NCBI GenBank assembly: GCA_965112155.1
Contig: OZ218101.1
Direction: 5' to 3' (one strand)
From: Podarcis liolepis
Lineage: Eukaryota
Length of the DNA: 64,000 nucleotides
How positions within the stretch are numbered: the stretch's first letter is position 1; each line of letters begins with the position of its first letter. Positions 24,843-39,800 of the stretch are shown one piece after another. A program made the position numbers and the translations under genes. The notes beneath the pieces are model-generated. The model was not told the origin of the DNA and searched no databases. It was given only the letters and a program-made list of their open reading frames with translations.

Positions 24843-27800
24843 GGTTAATGGCAGTGCAATGTACACTTCGAAAAGTGTAAAGTTCTGTCAATAAAATATT
24901 CATAGAACAGCCCCTTTCCAACAAATACTGAGGGGGGCAAAGAAACGCCGTCTCTCTAGAGTTGGCACACCCAGTGGGAGTTGACCCTTCTCTTCTCTTT
25001 TTACTTTTAGCCTTACATCTAACTTCCCTCATTCCCTCTGGACTAGCTAGGAGCTCTCTGCAGGAGGGCATCTGCTGCTGTCTTCCAAAGAATGACTCTA
25101 TTTTTCATAGAAAATGGTGGATTTACAAGGAACACATGAGCCAGTGGTTGCAGAGAGGCAGTTTCATCTTGTGTTTCCGATAACCAACTATTTCAGCTAT
25201 TGTGCACAGACCGTTTACTAAATAACCCCTTCTCTCTGATGGCGCTGCCTGCCAATTCCTGGAAGCACACCTCTAGGTTACAGCAAAGAAGCCAAGCATT
25301 TTCCATCTCCGATTTCTGTCTACCACAAGAAAGGTAAACATTAGAGTCTCAATTCTCTTACCTCTTCCTATTTTCCTTAATTCCATTTCCTTGCCTGCCT
25401 CTGATTCTCACAAGATGGGGGAAAGGATGACTTTGTATATAACCTTTCACCCTTCGTGATTCTTTCACTCTTCCCATAGCAAAGCTAAGTCTCTATGTCT
25501 CTTAACTCCAAACTCCATATAAAACAACTTTCTACCCTCTGGTCTCTCCCTTCTTCACAACTGTAACTAAATGTGTGCTCCAGGCAACTTGTGGCTGGGT
25601 TACCCTGTGCAATGGATTCTTTCTCTTCTGTATGTTTCTCTGGTGGCATTTCAGTGCCAGTTTGTTGCTTCTAAAGCATTTTATACTTGCATTTCTTACA
25701 TTTCAAGCATATTTCTTTTATAAATAAATAGTATTACAACTGCAACAACAGTTCAGTTATTGCTAACTCTCCAGAGCAACCATGCTAATATGGTCTCCTT
25801 ACTGGTCAGTCCGAAATCCCTCAAAGAAAGGTATTCAAAGCTAATGCAATTTCCTTTGTGCACAACTGTCACCACCAAGAATCAAAAGAAGAGCATTGCT
25901 AATTCCCCAAATCAACACTTCCTGTGAATACCCATGTTAAATACATGTTCACACATGAGCAGAACTGGCAGGGCCATCTTAAGCATATCCGGCGCCATGG
26001 TGCAAAGATCCCTCTTTGCTCTCCACCCCCCACCCCCATTTCTCAGAGTTGCCAATCTTTTTTAGGGAGGACGGCGCTGCCGGTGGCGCACCCAGCTTTG
26101 CAAGGCTGGAGGAGGCGGGCAGCAGGTGGAGGGCAGCTCCTCCAGCGGGGAAGAGGCAGAGGCTGGACATGGCAGCTCCTGGCTCAGCTCGCCATTTCGT
26201 GCCGCGGTGGCCACGGCAGACGGTGGCTCTGGGTGCGGCGTGGCGCTGCTTTGGCGCAGCATGGCGGAGGCAGGCAAGGGCGGCGAGCTGATACTGGGAG
26301 GCACCGCGTCCAGCCTCCGCCTCTTCCCTGGTGCCCTCCAGAACTTGGCACCCTGCATCACTAGCCTCTATGGATAAGACGCCCCTGGGAACTGGCAACA
26401 GGGAGGAAACTTTTTTCAGCCTGAGGGACACATTCCCTCATGGTTAATATTCTGGGGGCTGCAAGGCAGTAGTGAGCAGGACCAAAGCAGGCAGGGCCAA
26501 AATTGGGGGACACACACACATTCACTTGCTGCTCTCAAGCCTCCAGCAATTAGGCTTCAAACAAGCATGTTAACATTTTGTGGTGTGGGGCACCATTTTT
26601 GGCTGGGTACCACAGTGCCCAGGGAGTGTTTGCTCTTCCCTTCCCAGCTGTGATCCCTCCTCCTCAAAAAATACACCTCTCACAGCAATTGGGCTTTTTT
26701 CAAGCCTCTTAAATGGGAGGCTGGGCAAAAAGGTGATGGCACATGGTGCACTGAGATGCTCCACTGAAACATCTGAACCATGGACCACTGGTTCCTCAGC
26801 CCTGTTTTAATAATGCAAGAGATATTTCAGCATCTTCAATAATAGAGAGATCTTTAAACATGGACTCACTATATATTATCTTAGGGTGTTTGCTATCTGG
26901 AACAAACAATAAATACGACCTATTATTCTATAATACACATGAAAACTTGATTCTAACGGACTACAGATTTTATCATTAAGCGCATGGTACCTACAGCAAG
27001 TTTAATACGACTGATCTTTGTCTTCAAGGAGAAAGCCATAGTAGCCCCAACCACTCCAGTTAAAGCTTTTGTAATAAGTAACAGCACAGCTTCAGCAGGA
27101 TGCAGGAAGCGACTAGTAAACTCCACATTTATGGTTGTTTGGCTCCTAAGTCAGGAGATACAGCAATATATTTTGCAATGGCATTATGGCAAAGTCTTTC
27201 CCAGAATAAATCACAAAATGGTAAAAATAGATATTTCAAATCTAGTAAAAGTATGCATTGAATAAATATTTGACAACAGAAGAGCATGTGGGGAAATAAG
27301 CCTTACAAGCCCTAGAACAAGAATCCTGAATAGTTAAAAAAAATGAATAGAACACCACTGACTAAAACTGGCACAGAAAGATTTGTGTACGCCATTAAAA
27401 TTAAACCCAAAGTAATTTTTAAATTATTTATAAATTTCTGAATAAAATATATACCAAATTCATTGCATTCTGTTCAAATTAGTATTTAATTTATTTTCAC
27501 CAGATGTTCTAGAGTTCTTTTTCTGGATCTCGTATTACATGGGTCCCAGAGACATGTTGGGAAAATTAAGACACAAAGCAATGGGAGCCCCACTATAACA
27601 TCACTTTGCAGTGTGCTTAGCCACCCACAATATATAAAATGTGGTGGGAATATGTGGGAGTCCAAGGGATGTGTCCCTAGTTGCCATGGCACCTATGCGA
27701 GCTGAGCTGTAGGAGACAAGTGTAGGATACAATCAGTCTAGCTACAAAGCTCAGTTTCTATTATTTTCTTCATCCTTTTAAAATACTTGTTTTAAATATT

Positions 27801-30800
27801 TTATACAGTTCATCCAGACCTTAGCTGATAATCATAAACAGCTGATTTTAGAAAACAAACATCTTTTCAAGTACGTTATTGTTCTAACTTCATGCTGTAT
27901 TAACTCTGGAGGAAACAGCTAAATGTATTGACAAAGTGCTGTTTAGGAGGTTATGTCAACGACTCCAATTTTGCCAACATTTAAAAACGAGAGATTTAAG
28001 CAAGTAGCTTACATGAAATTATTTTTATTGACTAAAAATAACCTACTGTGTTAAAATGTCAAAAAGCAGGATGCACTAGAGTTGGCAAAATTCCATACAG
28101 TTAGAAAAGAAAGCTTTTTATTATTTTTATAGAATTTTACAAAGCAGACAGGAAAATAAAATACAGCTTACTTATCTGTAAGCTTACTTACACAACATCT
28201 TATATTCTTATTTCTCCCGACTTGGAAGATTACCTCAGATTGATTAAATTAATGAGAAGGGGTTGTAGGCGTTGTAGATTTCATGTAGCTCAACATGAAA
28301 TCTTCAACTTCATGTTGAAGACAACCCATGGTACCAGGTGTCAAATACATTGTGTGAAGGTGCTACAGAACATTTGAGGGCTACTCATCCTTTGTTTCTA
28401 TTATGGGATGTACTAAGGAATATAAGAAGTTTAAGAAGGGAGGAACACTAACATATACCCCTTAATTTCTCCCCCTGCCCCCTCTTGCTCCTCCACAACA
28501 CTACAAATGCCCCCTTTAGCTGCATCCACTTCCACCTGAACCCTCTCCAATTCCTCCTCCTCTCCAGCTTTATTTTCCCCATCACCAGAGCCCTAAAATT
28601 ATCTCACACATATGCACCTAACTTAACCTAAAAATAAAATAAAGTTAGCTATAAGTTAATAAAGAGCAACAGGAGCTGAATTATAGAAATCTTAATGTTT
28701 CAGACATTTCTCTCCATTGCAAGTTAATTTTGTACCATCCCTTTGTTTTGAAGCAATTCTGATTAATACGAAGTGCAGCAGGGGATGATCTGTGTTGCTC
28801 AACCTATTGAACTATTTTCAAGAAATGTAAAATGGCAATTTGCAGAGGAAGAGCTCCTTATTTGAATTCATTTAGAGATCAAGCATCAAGGAAAAGCTTT
28901 TACATAGTATTTGCTGCTTTACCCCTGATCCGATTCAGACATAATACATCATGGGCTAACACACTCCCTCCTCTCATACTTGAGAGGGAAAGCCAGAAAG
29001 TGAAAAGGGAGTATACAAGCCCATAGTATCCTTCTAATATATACTGTGATTTGAAGACTGGGAATATTATGTCTCATTCAGACACCTGCTGTTCTGCAAA
29101 ATATCCTACAAAAGATAAAGAAGGAATAGAGACTATCTCGTTCAGTAAAACAAAATGGAAGGCTACTTACTTTGGGGAAATGGTGACCATATTTCCTTTA
29201 GGTAATGAAAAATCAGCACATTCTCTTCCTAAAATTGTAGCAGTGTAAACCAAAGGCTTGATACTTGGGTTTTTTAACTGTATCTGTTGCAAATAAATAA
29301 ACAAATAACATTTTATTTTATTTCCATCCCACCTTTTCTGAAAGCTCTCACCAGACAGTTTATTCTAGAATGTTCTTAAACACAACACCACAAAGAGTGG
29401 TATTGTGAACCAATAGTGTAATAAAATAATGCCAGGTAGGGATGTGTTATTCATGTAGCAATAAAATCAGTAAAAAGCTTGAGAGTGTGAGGAAAAAGTA
29501 TTTAGATTCTGTTTAAAGGCCACTAGGCTTGCTCCTGGTAAACACCGTCTTGATTGACTTTTCGTGCCAGCCCAGAGCAGGACCTCTGAAACTGATCTTA
29601 AGAGCCCAGGAAGGTTCAAGCAAAAACCATGCAAGATCTCTGTTTATTTTACACAATATTCTGTTGTCAGTACAATGTAGCACATACACTGGGAAGTACA
29701 GTGCTCCTTATTCCCAGTGATAACACTAACGGATGTCTGTGATGTCTGAGCTGCCGTGTTCCAGAAAGCCACTCCAAGTAGCAATTGTCCTGCTACATGG
29801 GGAAAATATTGCCTTTCCCCAGCACTGAAATATATGCAACACATAATCAGTAGCATTTACATACTGCATCTATTAAGGTCTTGTTCACATATCATGGTAA
29901 ACCATAGCTAATGGTTTGCCATGATCATGCCCTTCGCATCTGTTTTGCTCTTCTCTGCTCATGCACAGAGGAAGAAACAACAATCCCAGAGATTGATCAG
30001 TAAACCAAGAACAAACCATGTATACAGAGCCTGAATTTTGGGGAGCGTAACAAACCACAATCCCTAGTTCAAACATCATACTAAGCCAGGGATTAAAGTT
30101 TTGTTTCCTCCCAGCGCAAGGAACCCACAATGTAATTTCCTTAAGGAGTCACTTAAAAGTAGAAAAAAAACAGTTAGTACCTTTCTAACAACAGTAGCAT
30201 GAAGCGGACCAGCAAACTCGACAGATTTCTTAGGTAAATACTGGGGAAGCCACTCATATAAATAGACACAAAGCATAAGCATTGTGATTGGATTTGGATC
30301 ACAAATGTCTGTAGCCTAATTTAAAAAAGATGCAGAGTAAGTTCATGCTGTGGATAAAGATCCCCCCACCAAAGCTTATAAATGAAGGAGTTTCAATATC
30401 AAGTTATCATCTTGACTACCGATTTTTCATACATAAAGGAACAACAAAAGCAAAGGGTAAATCCTAGACACAAGAATTTAAACTTTCAAACCCCAATACA
30501 TACAAAGTATATTTCAATGAGGAACAGGGAATAAATTTTACTTTCATTGTGTTGTAATAAATTGCATGGCTGCTGAAAATGAGGATTGTAGAACTACTTT
30601 AACTAATAGAGATTACATTTTCACCAAGTTTCAACATAAAAACATATTTCCATTGTCACAGAGATCTATCATTTACATTTTAATACATTATTGAAACTGC
30701 AAGGTATACTACAAAACAAGCATTCTGAAATTCAGCGGATGCAGTTATTCACAGATACTGACTTATGACTAAATGTATCCACCCTGCCATTACTGCATCC

Positions 30801-33800
30801 CACATCATTTAGAGTACCTCAGTAAAAAAAAAAGGATTAACCAGTTCACATAATTGGTTCATTAATAATCTCATAAAATATGGCATCATTCATGGCACTA
30901 AAAGTACAATGCAGCTTTCTGCAATTAGAGTAAAGCAGATGAATATCACAACTGTTAATATATTTTTTATTTGCAGGGCAGAAATACACTCTAACCCAAT
31001 GGATTTTATGGTAATTTGGGTTTAAAATGCAAGTAAATGACTGAATCCAGCAAGCACTGGTCTGTAGTAAAGCCCATTTGTTTAATATTCAGATTCTGTA
31101 TGAAGGTAACCATTATTTTTCTATGCATAAACCAAAATATATATTATACTCTGAGTGAAAAATGCAACATTTCCAGATCCTTTGTTCAACTGTGTTGATT
31201 CACCTCAAGTCTGAGCTACAATTCAGTGACAAGCTTTCTGATTTGCTTTGCTAATTTAACAGCTGCAGTGAGGTAAAAGGTTGATGCTCAATAGTAAGAG
31301 CCCATGTTTTGCATGTTGAAGTCTCAGGTTCAATCCCTGACATGTTCAGGTAAGGGGATGTGACAGGCCCATGCAGAGGGGGCGTGGGCAGCCAGCTAAC
31401 CTTGCCCCAGGCCTCGGAGGGCTAAGCTGGCTAGGGAGCCCTACCAGGGACCATCTGCATTTTTGTTTGAGTTTGTAACTTTATTCTAACAAGACTCCCA
31501 GCCCCAGGCTTCAGACCAGCTCTGCACAGGCCTTCCCACTCAAGCAGATGTCCTCTGCTTCACTTCTTAGCTCTGCTATAAGAGGCACTATACCTCTGAA
31601 TACCAGTTGGTAGAGAAGACAAGAGAGACTGCTGTTATGCTCAGACCCTGTTTGTTAGCTTCCTATAGGCATCTGGTTGGCCACTGTGAGAACACAACCA
31701 TCATGACTAGGAGCCACTGAGAGCTTTTATCCCCCATGAATTTTTCTAATCCACTTTAAAGCACAAACTTTGGTTGGTGTTACTACATCTTGTGTGAATA
31801 AGTTCAGTAGTTTAACTACAAACTGTGTCCAGAGGCACTTCCATTTGTCTGCCCTGGGTCTTCCAAAATTCAGCTTCACTGTCCCCATGTTCTACTGTTA
31901 TGACAGAGGAAGAAAAAGAAAAACCTCTGTCTACTTTCTCCATACCATACATAATTTTAAACACCTCTGTTGTGTCCCCCCTTACTCACATTTTTGCTCA
32001 ACAGTTTTGCCCCTCTGCTGTGGCAGCCAAAAAGAAAAAAAGCTCTTCAACCTGCCCAGTAGGCACCCACAGTGCCCTTTTAAGATTGCCCTATTCAAAT
32101 AGTTTTACTCAATGCCTTTTAGCAAGGCCATTATGAAAAGTTAACTTATCCCAATATACAAGAATAAAGAACAAAACCGTTCACAGACCATTCATAACTT
32201 AGTTCCACTTACCAGTACATGTATGTCAAGGCTTATTGCATGAAAAGCATTTACAAGAATCAGGCAGTTGTGAAGATATTGTTCAGAAGTTTGTGGATTA
32301 GTGTACATATTCACAAAGTGTGTTGAAATCTGCAGATAAGATTAAAAAACAACAACTGAACTCCTTCTAAATCATCTTAGTAATTAGGTCCTAGTTCAGG
32401 ATTTGGAATAAACATTCCTATTTGATACTTTCTGATTTCCTTACACATCGGGCTCTCTACTGCCTCGTCTTCAAGAGCTCACATGTTTCCATTCAAAATA
32501 ACAGTTAGTCTTTTTCTTTGTTCCTTTGAACATTGTGGCACTAGCACACCTTGATGACACCTTATTCACAAAGGTGCAGCTTTATGTTGCTGCACTTCCT
32601 CACCTCAGTTCTTCACTTATTGTTGCTGCCACTCCAAGAATCACACCAAAGCTGGCTAACTGCATGTCAGAACAGTGGCTCATCAAGACCACTACTGTCT
32701 GCTCTGACTGACAGTCGCTCGCCAATGTCTCAAAGGTCATTCCTAGCATGGCCACCTGGGATTCTTTCAGCTGGAGATTCTGGGGGCCGAAATGGCAATG
32801 TCCAGCAACACAAAGCAGGTGCTACCCTACACCCCATTTTCTTCATCAGGAACCTCCAAACCAAAGTGATTTTGTCAGTAGAAAACCACTTAGTCAGTTT
32901 ACTTGTTCTCTAGCTTCCTGCTTGACACCTAATTGACAAGCGTTTCCAGCAGGAAAAAAAGGTCTCTGCTTTAGGTGTTCATTTTGTGTTGCTTTTAAAT
33001 CTGTTTTCTGGGGTGGGGGTTACAGCTTTTTAAACTATATAAATATGTTTTTATGGTTTGCTTGTAAATGACCTTGAGACATATGTGAAAGGCAATTAAT
33101 TAATTACCAACTCCAACCACTCCTGTGTTTTCAAGTCTACTTAATGGCTTCCATTCACTTTTTCCCTAAAATGTAGCGAGCTAAATTTAGAATCAGCATT
33201 GTGGGACAAGAATCTGGAGATCATGCACTGGTTCCACTGTGCATTTGTTTAGCTGCAGCCATAAGCGAAGACAAAACAAATGACACTTTACCCAACAGAG
33301 AGATATATGTCACAATAATACAATTTGGATTGGAAGTGGAGGATGTTAGGAACAGACAATGGAACAGAGTAAGAGCACAAAATGGCAATGAGGGAAAACA
33401 TAGAATGCATTTAGGGTAGTTAAGAAAAGTGGGTCTTGATGATGGGCATGAAGCAGAAATACAGCCTTAAATGAAGGGAGACGTGAGAGCCTAGGGAGAA
33501 GCATGTTACAAGGCAGAGACTAGAATGAAAGACTCAGATAACAGAAGCTATTAAGTTATGAGTCTGAGCACAGTGAAGGAAGAAAAGGAAAGATTAGAGA
33601 GAAGATAAAATAGGTAGCTGGCACAACAGCAAAATGAGAGACGGATAACTTGTTATTTCCCTCCTGTTCAAGCTCAAGCTGATCATGGCATTTTTTATTT
33701 TTTATTTTCAATCAATTGTCTAACAATACATTGAACACTGATTTCTCTTATGCAATACAAGTATTTTAAAACTAACTAATAATATTTCCATCAAAATAGT

Positions 33801-36800
33801 GAAAAACTTTCTTACCAAATAAGGGCAATATTTGGCTACTTGTGCAGCTAGGACAAGGCCATCAAGCAGATCTTTATCAAAGTTTACTATCCATCTTGTA
33901 GGTGGTATATCACCTGTTTGAAATGAGAATTTAGTGTTTTCCCCTGAAGAATCTGTGAGCCTATTCTGACAAAATTCCTCCATTTTTTCCTAGTGGAAAA
34001 TCATATTATAAACATAGTACAATATTTCAAGTACGTCTACCCAATCTTCCTAGATAAATTGTGGTTTAATTCCCTCCTGCAATGTCCCCTCACCAAATTA
34101 TGTTGGTAGGCTTTCGGTTCTCAGACATCTTCATCATCCTTTAGGATGAAGATCACATGAAGCCCAACCACAATAGATCCTGCAAATAGATCTATAGACT
34201 GATCTATAGACAGGCTATTCAGCACATGGAAGCATTTATAGATAAGCATTCATTGGAATTATCTATTGGCAAAGGATGCATGTATGTTACCCTAAGATGG
34301 CTCTTTTTTAGGGGAAATCTCCTAAGATAATAGCTGGAATGGAGGTCAACAAAAATTCCTTACTCTTATATATAAAAAGGTAAAGGTAAAGGACCCCTGA
34401 CAGTTAAGTCTAGCCGCAGACGATTCTGGGGTTGCGGCGCTCATCTCGCTTTACAGGCCGAGGGAGCCGGCGTTTGTCCGCAGACAGTTTTTCTGGGTCA
34501 TGTGGCCAGCATGACTAAGTTGCTTCTGGCGCAACAGAACACCAAAACCAGAGCAGCGCACAGAAACGCTGTTTACCTTCTTGCCGGAGTGGTACCTATT
34601 TATCTACTTGAACTTTTTGGCATGCTTTCGAACTTCTAGGTTAGAAGGAGCTGGAACAGAGCAACAGGAGCTCACCCCATTGCAGGGATTCAAACCACCA
34701 ACCTTCTGATCAGCAAGCCCAAGAGGCTCAGTGGTTTAGACCACAGCACCACCCCCGTCCCACTCTTATATATACACCATACGTAAAGCTCAAAATTACT
34801 AGACACAGATTGTACATTAGCACTCAAGCTCAAGAAGCACTCTTAAAGTTTATTTGGAGCTAGTTCTCTAACAAATGAAATATTTTATTATGCAAATAAA
34901 ACAGCAGATTCCATTTACTGATGCCCAGCTAAGCTGACTAGCTTTACCTCTGCTTCATTTTTTTGCTATCTCAGTCCTAACAATTATTTGCTTTTCTTGT
35001 GCACTGTTGAAAAGCAAATGCATTAATTAGAACTCCCATATGTCTTAATTGACAATTATGTTACTCAGCTTTAATAATTAATACATCAGCACTTAGAATA
35101 TTTACCAGCCAAAATTGCATTAGCACTAGAGTCATAGGTAAACACCATAATGAATTAAAATGTAACCCAATTCCAAAACCCAGTCCCGGAAATTTTTAAT
35201 ATTTAAAAGTAAATTAGAAGGTTTCAGCTGCACTAAAAGGTTAAGCAAAGCCATTGCAACATTAATAAAGGAACATGGGGTTTATGTCACTCTATGCAAG
35301 ACTTGTCATTAAATAGTCACCTGGTAGCCATGGTGACCTGAAATTGCCCCCAAGTCAGCACCTCTTATTCACAGCATTGTACTCAGCAGTCCAGCCCTTT
35401 AAAAATAAAATTGTATGTATGATTCCCACAATGTACTGTTTTATAAATGTGTGTGGTATTTTATATGTATGATATTTTGTTGATTTACTCTTAAACTATG
35501 TATTTTGGTCTATGTTGTAACTTTAGAGTTGTTTAGACAGACAACTGCAAAATTATGTATAAATAATTAAAAAAAAATTTAATCAGGTATATGCAGTTCA
35601 GTGTTGAGTGAATTCATATGAGAAAGAACATTCATTGACCAAAATCAGACAGGGGCAGCGATGGCTTGTTGCCTTGCTATCAAAAGTGCCTTCTCACCAA
35701 CATTACAATTACTGGTGGACAATAGCAGTGAAGAGGAGAAACTGCAACTGCAGCCTACTTGCCCATTCACCACCTTCCTCTGGAAAGCAATAGAGAACTG
35801 GGCCCAATCTTCATGCTGGATGAGGATCTGAAAGCAGCCACTTCTGTTTCTTGTCTCTGTTCTTGATGCTCACCTGAACAAGTAGGAAACTGAGCACATG
35901 CTGATGGCACTGAGGACAAGGAGGAGACTCCAGTCCCCTGTTGTGCTGGATCTTTGCAGCTACCTAAGGATCCCAATCCCTGATGCCGGCCTAGTTCCCA
36001 TCTGTCGTAAATATTCTGCTGACTATCCTGTTTGGACTGTTGTCAACATTCATTGCTATACACCCGAGATTTTGGGCATTACACTGAATACCCAAAATTT
36101 TATGAACTTTGAAGTTTACATAAGGATACTGGCAGTATTAGGTAAATATTGTAAATATATGAATACAGCTTCTTATTTTTCAGAAATAAAAATCATCTGG
36201 GATTGTCAGCAAATTTTAGGCAGATATTCATGTTAATATGCATATAACACCTGTACGCCCTAACCATATTTTAGGTTCTGAGATCAGATGCACCCACTCT
36301 TCCAAAAAGATTTAATAAAAATATTTTAGTACTAAATTCACACCACAAAGAGGTACATAATTCATAGCACTTAGCATTTAAGATTATCGCCTTCTGACTC
36401 TTGAAGTAAAAGTCTGGGAAGGCATAAACAAACCTTCCATTATTGGTCCCAAACTGCAGTTGAAGCATGGGTAAAAAAAAAAATCATTTAAACAAGTTTC
36501 TAAAGGCTTCTAAAGTTTATGATGGCTTGGATGAGTGTCAGAGCTTAAGAGATTATCACTGTGGGGGGGAATCTATATAAAATAGAATTTTGTTTAGTGC
36601 CCTTGTAGCAACAAAGAGCCTGAGAAGATAACTTAAGGCAACATCAAGAAAAGAAGGTACAGCACATGCAAGATCAAACTTATAACCTGTCATTTTACCT
36701 GACATCTCAATAGCATCCAGTTCAAAGATTTTATTTCAATGCATGGAACTAAAGGCGCTCTTTGCTCCAACTTACTAAAGAGCAACACTATTATGTAGTG

Positions 36801-39800
36801 CTAGACTTTCAAGTAGAATTGCTATCTGACTGGTTTTAACGGGTTCTTTAAAACAAGCAAACAAAAGCAGTTCTCAGACAGCTGAACCATAGAAGCCCTC
36901 AAGCATTCTGCATGTTCAGGCTGCAGAACCAGAGGAATCCATGCAGGCAATCTGCTCATGCAGGGTTTTCAGTGATACAGGACATTACTAACGGGGGCGC
37001 AGGGCATGGATATATTTATTTGGCTTGCTCTTGACCAGAGGCGGAGCTAGCTGCTCCGGCACCCAGAGTGGCGCACATGCTGTGTGCCTGAAGGCAGAGC
37101 AATGGGGACAGGGCAAGCATCCAAGGAGGGTGTGGCCATGGTGAGCATCCCAGGGGGTGGAGCGAACCACCCATGGGGGGTGGAGCGAACTGCCCATGGC
37201 GGGCTGCTTCCTGGACGGGGGGGGGGGGAGGCGCGCCACTTTGCCAGCAGCCTTCCTCCCTTTCCTCTTCCTTTTGACAGCTCGGGAGAGGCTTCCCGCC
37301 CCCCCCCCCCCAGGAAGCAACCAAGTAGCGGGGAGCAATGGCGCGCCATGTGCCCACAACTCCCAATCCTCCTATGAGCTGTCAAAACAAAGGGGGAATG
37401 GGGGAAGGCCACCAGCAAGGCGGCACGGTTCCACCCCTTCCCCTGACAGCTCAGGGTAGGCTTGGGAGTCGTGGGCAGACGGCGTGCCAAATATCACCTG
37501 CCTCATTGATGACACCCAGGCAGGACCGACCCCACCACAACCCCTTCGTCCGCCCCTGCTCTTGACATCCACTGAATACAGCAACAAAGCACACCTGTAA
37601 GCCCAAATAGTTGGAACTGAAATAAATGGAAGGGTAGAACTGCACTGTAAGAGAAGGGAGTGGTGAAGAAAAAAGGAACATATGAGCCTGAGTGGCACTG
37701 TCAATCTCTTAACCATGGAGACAGATTCATTTAACAGCAGGTATAGTATGACCCTCAGTATCCCTGTTTATTATAGCACTTGTCTGTCCTTTCTGCTGCC
37801 AGTCTTCTATCACACCTGGCTGGCTTCTCCTGCCTGAGCACAGGAAATATGAACAGGTAGTTCATGTGCAAAATATTCTTCTGATATGAAATTAATACTT
37901 AATAATATAATATCAGTTTGGTGTGTATGGTGTATATGATGCAGAATTGCCACAAGGCTTGTGACGCGAATCCTTTAAATAGTCCTGTAGTTCTTGAGCA
38001 TGGGTGTCAGATGGGGTGGCACTTTTGCTCTCAAACAATACGTCCTTGCATTTCCTGTACATAGCACCTTTTCTCTCTATGTCTCAGCTCTTGGAGTAGG
38101 GCCTGGATAAATAGTTCACTATTTGGACTATGTCTGAATCTGTTCTAACGCTGCATTTGTTTCACTCCGGCTGCTGTACACACCATATGGATATAGGGAA
38201 ACAGGTCTGCATAAACATTCTTAAACATGTAATATAATTGAGCCTTGTGTGGGCTTCACAAACCTCCAGTCCTAGTTAAAATGTCTTTTTCCTTTCGACA
38301 CAGGCTGAGGACCTGTCAAGAGAACTAGTTGGTTTGGGTCTCAAGAGTGGCACAACATGTGTTATGGCACCACATGACACTAATCCTAACCCTGTTTTGA
38401 TGGCACAGCATGGAACAGGATGAGATCATTAGTGAATAAGATCAGGTCATTAATGAGGGGGAATGTCATAGGCATAGGGCAGTAATTTAGAGAAGATACA
38501 TTATAAAATTATGTTGAGGCTTGGTTAAATAAAATAGCTTAAAGGAAGTATTTAAAGGATTCATATCACAAGCCTTGTAGTAATTCCGCATCATATGCAC
38601 CAAACTGAAGTTATATTCTTAAGTATTAATTTCATATCAGAAGAATATTTTGCACTTTATTTTAAATGTTAATGCTTTTCTAACTTAGACTGCTTTAATC
38701 TAACTACTTAAAGATCAAACTCAGCACTGCAGTCACAGTCGGTGTCGAAAGAAGAATTATACTGACATTCATCGCTTTTACATTTTCACTGGTATAATAA
38801 AACAACAACTAAAATTTGAGCGGTGCATAGTACTGTCAGAGAGGTGAATGTCACACAATTGACTTTTAAAATGCTCTTTTCAAATGATGCTTTTGTTCTG
38901 AGACTTTGAAAAGACTTTGAGAAGTCGTTTTGTTCAAGAAGAAAATAACTGAACTGTCCAATTTAGGAAAAAATGGCCTCAAAAATTACTTTTTCAAGAG
39001 GGACTATGTTTCAAGAGGGACAGCTTCATATTTCAGTATCTGAATGCATTTAAAATGTTTTGACCAATTCTAAACTTATTTTTAAATCTGTCTTAGAAAA
39101 ATCTTTACAATAGACTTCCTGTACATAAAAAACCAGGACTACCAGCAGAATACTAGTTAGCAAGTTGGTATGATTTCCCCCCACCTTTTTTGCTGTCTTT
39201 CCACACAATTGTTCGTGTCTTCTCAAAATTTCTGTTCATCCAAATAAGAAGAATTCTTTCAGATGAAGAGTATATATTACTAGACAAAGGATCAGCACTT
39301 ATACGTGGAACATGTTCGGAGTTTTCTGCACTGCTCTCGGTATCATCTTCAACAACGGAGACACGGTGGAGAACCAAAATCTAAAATGGACAAACTATTT
39401 AAAACTTTCTTCTATATAATCGACAAACACAGATTTACTCAGAATAAGCCCTACTGCTCTAAGTGAGATATCTTACACAAACTCTTTACTAAGTATACTA
39501 CCTAATGGTAAGATCCTGCTCTAACACAAAGGCAACTATCTTCTCCCTTTTACTTCTGCTCTATGCTTCAGAAGGGACTCTTGCCTCATGAAGCATATGT
39601 ACCTATTATCTGTACCTTTAGTCTTATGTGCAGTTCAAAACATAATTATCTTTCGAATTTCACACTTCTCCAAATTTCCCAATGCAGTTCTGAGCTCAAA
39701 TGTACCAAAATGCCAAAAGTGCAAACATCACATATTTTAGGATAAAATAGGTTTAGAAATATTAACAGTGAAATTACTGAAAAATAGACTCACCTGCCCA

